NCBI RefSeq assembly: GCF_006345805.1
Contig: NW_021836726.1
Span: forward strand, 1-23,187
Length of the DNA: 23,187 nt
Reading direction: 5' to 3'
DNA from: Octopus sinensis
Taxonomy: Eukaryota
Positions 20,300 through 23,187 of this stretch are shown piece after piece; within the stretch, counting starts at the first letter, position 1; every line of letters starts with the position of its first letter. Position numbers and translations under genes: made by a program. The notes below the pieces were generated by a model. The model searched no databases and was not told the origin of the DNA. It saw nothing but the letters and a program-made list of their open reading frames with translations.

Positions 20300-21400
20300 A
20301 ATATTTACCTAGTGTTGTTGTTGTTGTTGTTGTTATCGTTATAAGCTCGGTCAACTTTTGTTGCAAGTTGTTGTTGTTTGTTGTTGCTGTGTTGGTAACA
20401 ACACTGTGGCGGTGGTGGTGGTGGTGGTGGTGGCGGCGGTGGTTGTGGCGGTGATGGCGACGGCGGTAGAAGTGATCGTAGCTGTGACTGTTGTTGTTAT
20501 TGTTATTGTTGCTGTGGTGATGGTGCTGGTGGTGGTGGCGGTGGTGTTTGCGATAGTCGTGGTTGCGGTGGTAAACTTGTAATGCTGGTTGTACGGTGGT
20601 TGTATTTGTTGTTTGTATTGTTTGTTTGTTTATGTATTTGTTTATTTATTTTTATCTATTTATTTGTTTTTATCTATTTATTTTTATTTTTATTTATTTA
20701 TTTTTTTATCACTTTTGGCAGGTTAGGTCGATAGTTCAAACTACTCATTCTCCTCGCTTCTTGTTATTCGTGATGATGACGACGACGACGGCGGCGGCGA
20801 TATAGATGATGATGATGATGATGATGACGATGATGTTGATGGAGTATTAGTAGTAAGAAAATGACAGAGAGAGAGAGAGAGAGAAAAGAGAAAAGGAGAG
20901 AGAAGCGGCGGCAGAATTGATTAATGATGGTGGTGGTGTTGATGGCGATGATCATGGTGGTTGTGATGATGATGATGATGATGAGGAGGAGGAGGAGGAT
21001 GACGGTGCTGACGGCAGTGGTGGTGGCGAAGCAATGGTGGTTGCTTAAGTGGTTGTGATGATGATGACGATGACGATTATAATGACGACGACGACGACGA
21101 CGATGATGATGATAATGATGGTGATGATGATGATGATGATGGAGGTGGAGATGGTGGTGGTAGTGGTGGAGATCTACTTAATCTTGAGAATCTGGGTTGG
21201 GTAGGGCTGTGGGGAAGTGCAGAGGGGTGCTACAGCAACTCTTGCTGCTGCTGTTGTTGTTGTTACTACTACTACTACTACTACTACTATTACTATTACT
21301 ATTACTACTACTACTACTACTATTACTGCTACTGCTGCTGCTGATGATGATGATGTGGTGTGATAATGGTGGTGACGGTGGTATCGGTGGCGGTGGTATT
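20300..21400. repeat. Long trinucleotide-rich block (GTT, GGT, GAT, GAC, GAG, CTA, CTG) with an internal (TTTA)-rich segment
   Basis: Read directly; poly-V/H/S/L ORFs in several frames on both strands. Confidence 0.9.
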
Positions 21401-21515
21401 GTGGCGGCGCCTGCTGCTGTTAAAGCGACCAGCTTGTCGTCATAGTACGTCCCGAGGTTATTGGAGAATTTTACCTTATATGGGCATGTGAGGGATGCGG
21501 CAGTAGAGACCTCGA

Positions 21516-21639
21516 TGTGTGTATATGTATGTGGTTGTGTGTGTGTATACATATATATATATATATTTGTATATATGATACATATGTATAAACATGTGTG
21601 TGTGCTTATTAATTAGTAAAAGCGTTGTATTGTGATACA

Positions 21640-21718
<79 letters not shown>

Positions 21719-22179
21719 ATATATACATGTATGTATATATATATGTGTATGTATGTATATATATATATACTTTACAAATGTGCATATATTAAACATACAT
21801 AACTTCTATATATATTTGTAGGTCTGTCTGCGTGTATGAATATATTTTGAATTTGTGCATTTGATTGTATAGATATATATATGTATATATATTATATACA
21901 TATATACATACATGCACACACACACACACACATGTGTATATACATGCATAACACGCACGCATTTTATACTAACAACTTCTGCATGCGTTTATAAGACAGC
22001 GTGCGTATATAAGACAGCGTGCGTTTATAAGACAGCGTGCAAGTGTGTATATATGTTATGTATATATTTTATACATACTTTGAAAGTGTTCATATACACC
22101 CAAAAACTTTTATATCTTTAAAGGGTGTGCAAATATATGGTGCGTATTATACTTACAACATGGGCGCTGGTTTATATAT

Positions 22180-22226
<47 letters not shown>

Positions 22227-22560
22227 ATATATGTATATATATATTATATATATATATATATATATCACACATATATGTGTGTATTGTCAAGTATGCATCT
22301 TTATATTTGTGATGTCTGTGTATTTATAAGTGTGTGTGTGTGTGTGCACGCGCGTTTGTATATACGCTTGTATATATATATATATGTATATATGTGTTTG
22401 AATGTACATATAGGCATAAGTACGTATATATATGCATACACACATGTATATATACGAAAGTAGATGCATATATATATATATACATACATACATATATACA
22501 TACATACATACGCACACACCATATATATATATATATATATGTATGTATGTGTGTATATAT
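21516..22560. repeat. (TA)/(TG)/(CA) low-complexity block
   Basis: Read directly. Confidence 0.92.
21984..22040. repeat. 18-bp minisatellite x3, TGCGT(T/A)TATAAGACAGCG
   Basis: Units at 21984, 22002 and 22020, with one mismatch between them. Confidence 0.95.
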
Positions 22561-23052
22561 ATGCAGCGGTGTGTCTATCGTAGCGTGTGAACTATCAAAT
22601 TGCGTGTGTGCTGTGCTGCGCTGCACACACGCACACGCATTCAGCACACACGCTTCCACTGTGCAAGGTGTCCGTTTCTTTCTCAAGATGGTAGCCTTAA
22701 TTAAGGTAGATTTAGCTGCTATTTCTAGCATGTCGAGAGACTACAAAGTGGCAAGCTTCTTCATTTTTGCACGTACACGTCGATGCGAGCATGCATGCTT
22801 GAGTGTGCATGTATGTATAATAATGATGTATGTATGTATGTATGTATATAGCCGGCTATTTCTAGTGTCTGCATGTGTATGTATACGCACACACACACAC
22901 GAGTTTGCAGCGATATCTTGTATAATTCCATGACAACCCTTAATCGACTAGACATATGATCAAAGATATTCTAGTCGTGACCATCACATCGAATTTTATA
23001 AACTATCTATGTCTACATTATTCACACTGACCCTTGCTATCTAAACCGGTAG

Positions 23053-23187
23053 ACTAGCAGAATTGTTAAGGGCATCAGACCATTATTTATTTGAAACCGG
23101 CATTTTTCTCTTTGTATTTTTGCCTTCTGAGTTCAAATTCTACCGAGGTAAACTTTGCATTTAGTTTATTCTGTGGGTCGAAAAATA
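23053..23187 (+). mobile_element. SINE family A, old copy running off the window
   Basis: CTAGCAGAATTGTTA...TTCTGAGTTCAAATTCTACCGAGGTAAACTTTGC...GGGTCGA. Confidence 0.7.

Noticed and set aside
20950-21172. Minus-strand poly-His open frame
   Set aside because: Produced by (GAT)/(GGT) repeats, preceded by an in-frame stop, with no credible start or splice site.
21984-22040. Resemblance of TATAAGACAG to the Tn5/Nextera mosaic end
   Set aside because: It lacks the GAGACAG spacing and the AGATGTG part and occurs as a natural-looking 18-bp tandem; not adapter contamination.

Overview
AT-rich, microsatellite-saturated eukaryotic non-coding DNA (intron or intergenic). It is most likely from an octopus, judged from recalled similarity of its tRNA-derived SINEs to octopus SINE families; no database search was run. 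I found no convincing host protein-coding exon, and almost all ORF-track entries are translated microsatellites. The window is a layered transposon graveyard. It holds a 5'-truncated Neptune-type Penelope-like element (RT + GIY-YIG, minus strand, ~15480-17402), a mariner transposase fossil (~9025-9425), an RTE-X-like LINE C-terminal fragment (~8555-8739), three locally defined SINE families (one tandem array, one nested insertion with a 6-bp TSD), and an (ATT)n-embedded element with iterated termini. The most striking signals are RNA structures. A complete minimal type I hammerhead ribozyme fold lies in the Penelope 3' region (15647-15694, minus); its core reads GUGAUCA instead of CUGAUGA, a compensatory swap of the C3-G8 tertiary pair. 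A 275-bp non-coding foldback insertion with a 12-bp TSD (5417-5691) carries a degenerate hammerhead motif on each arm, one per strand.
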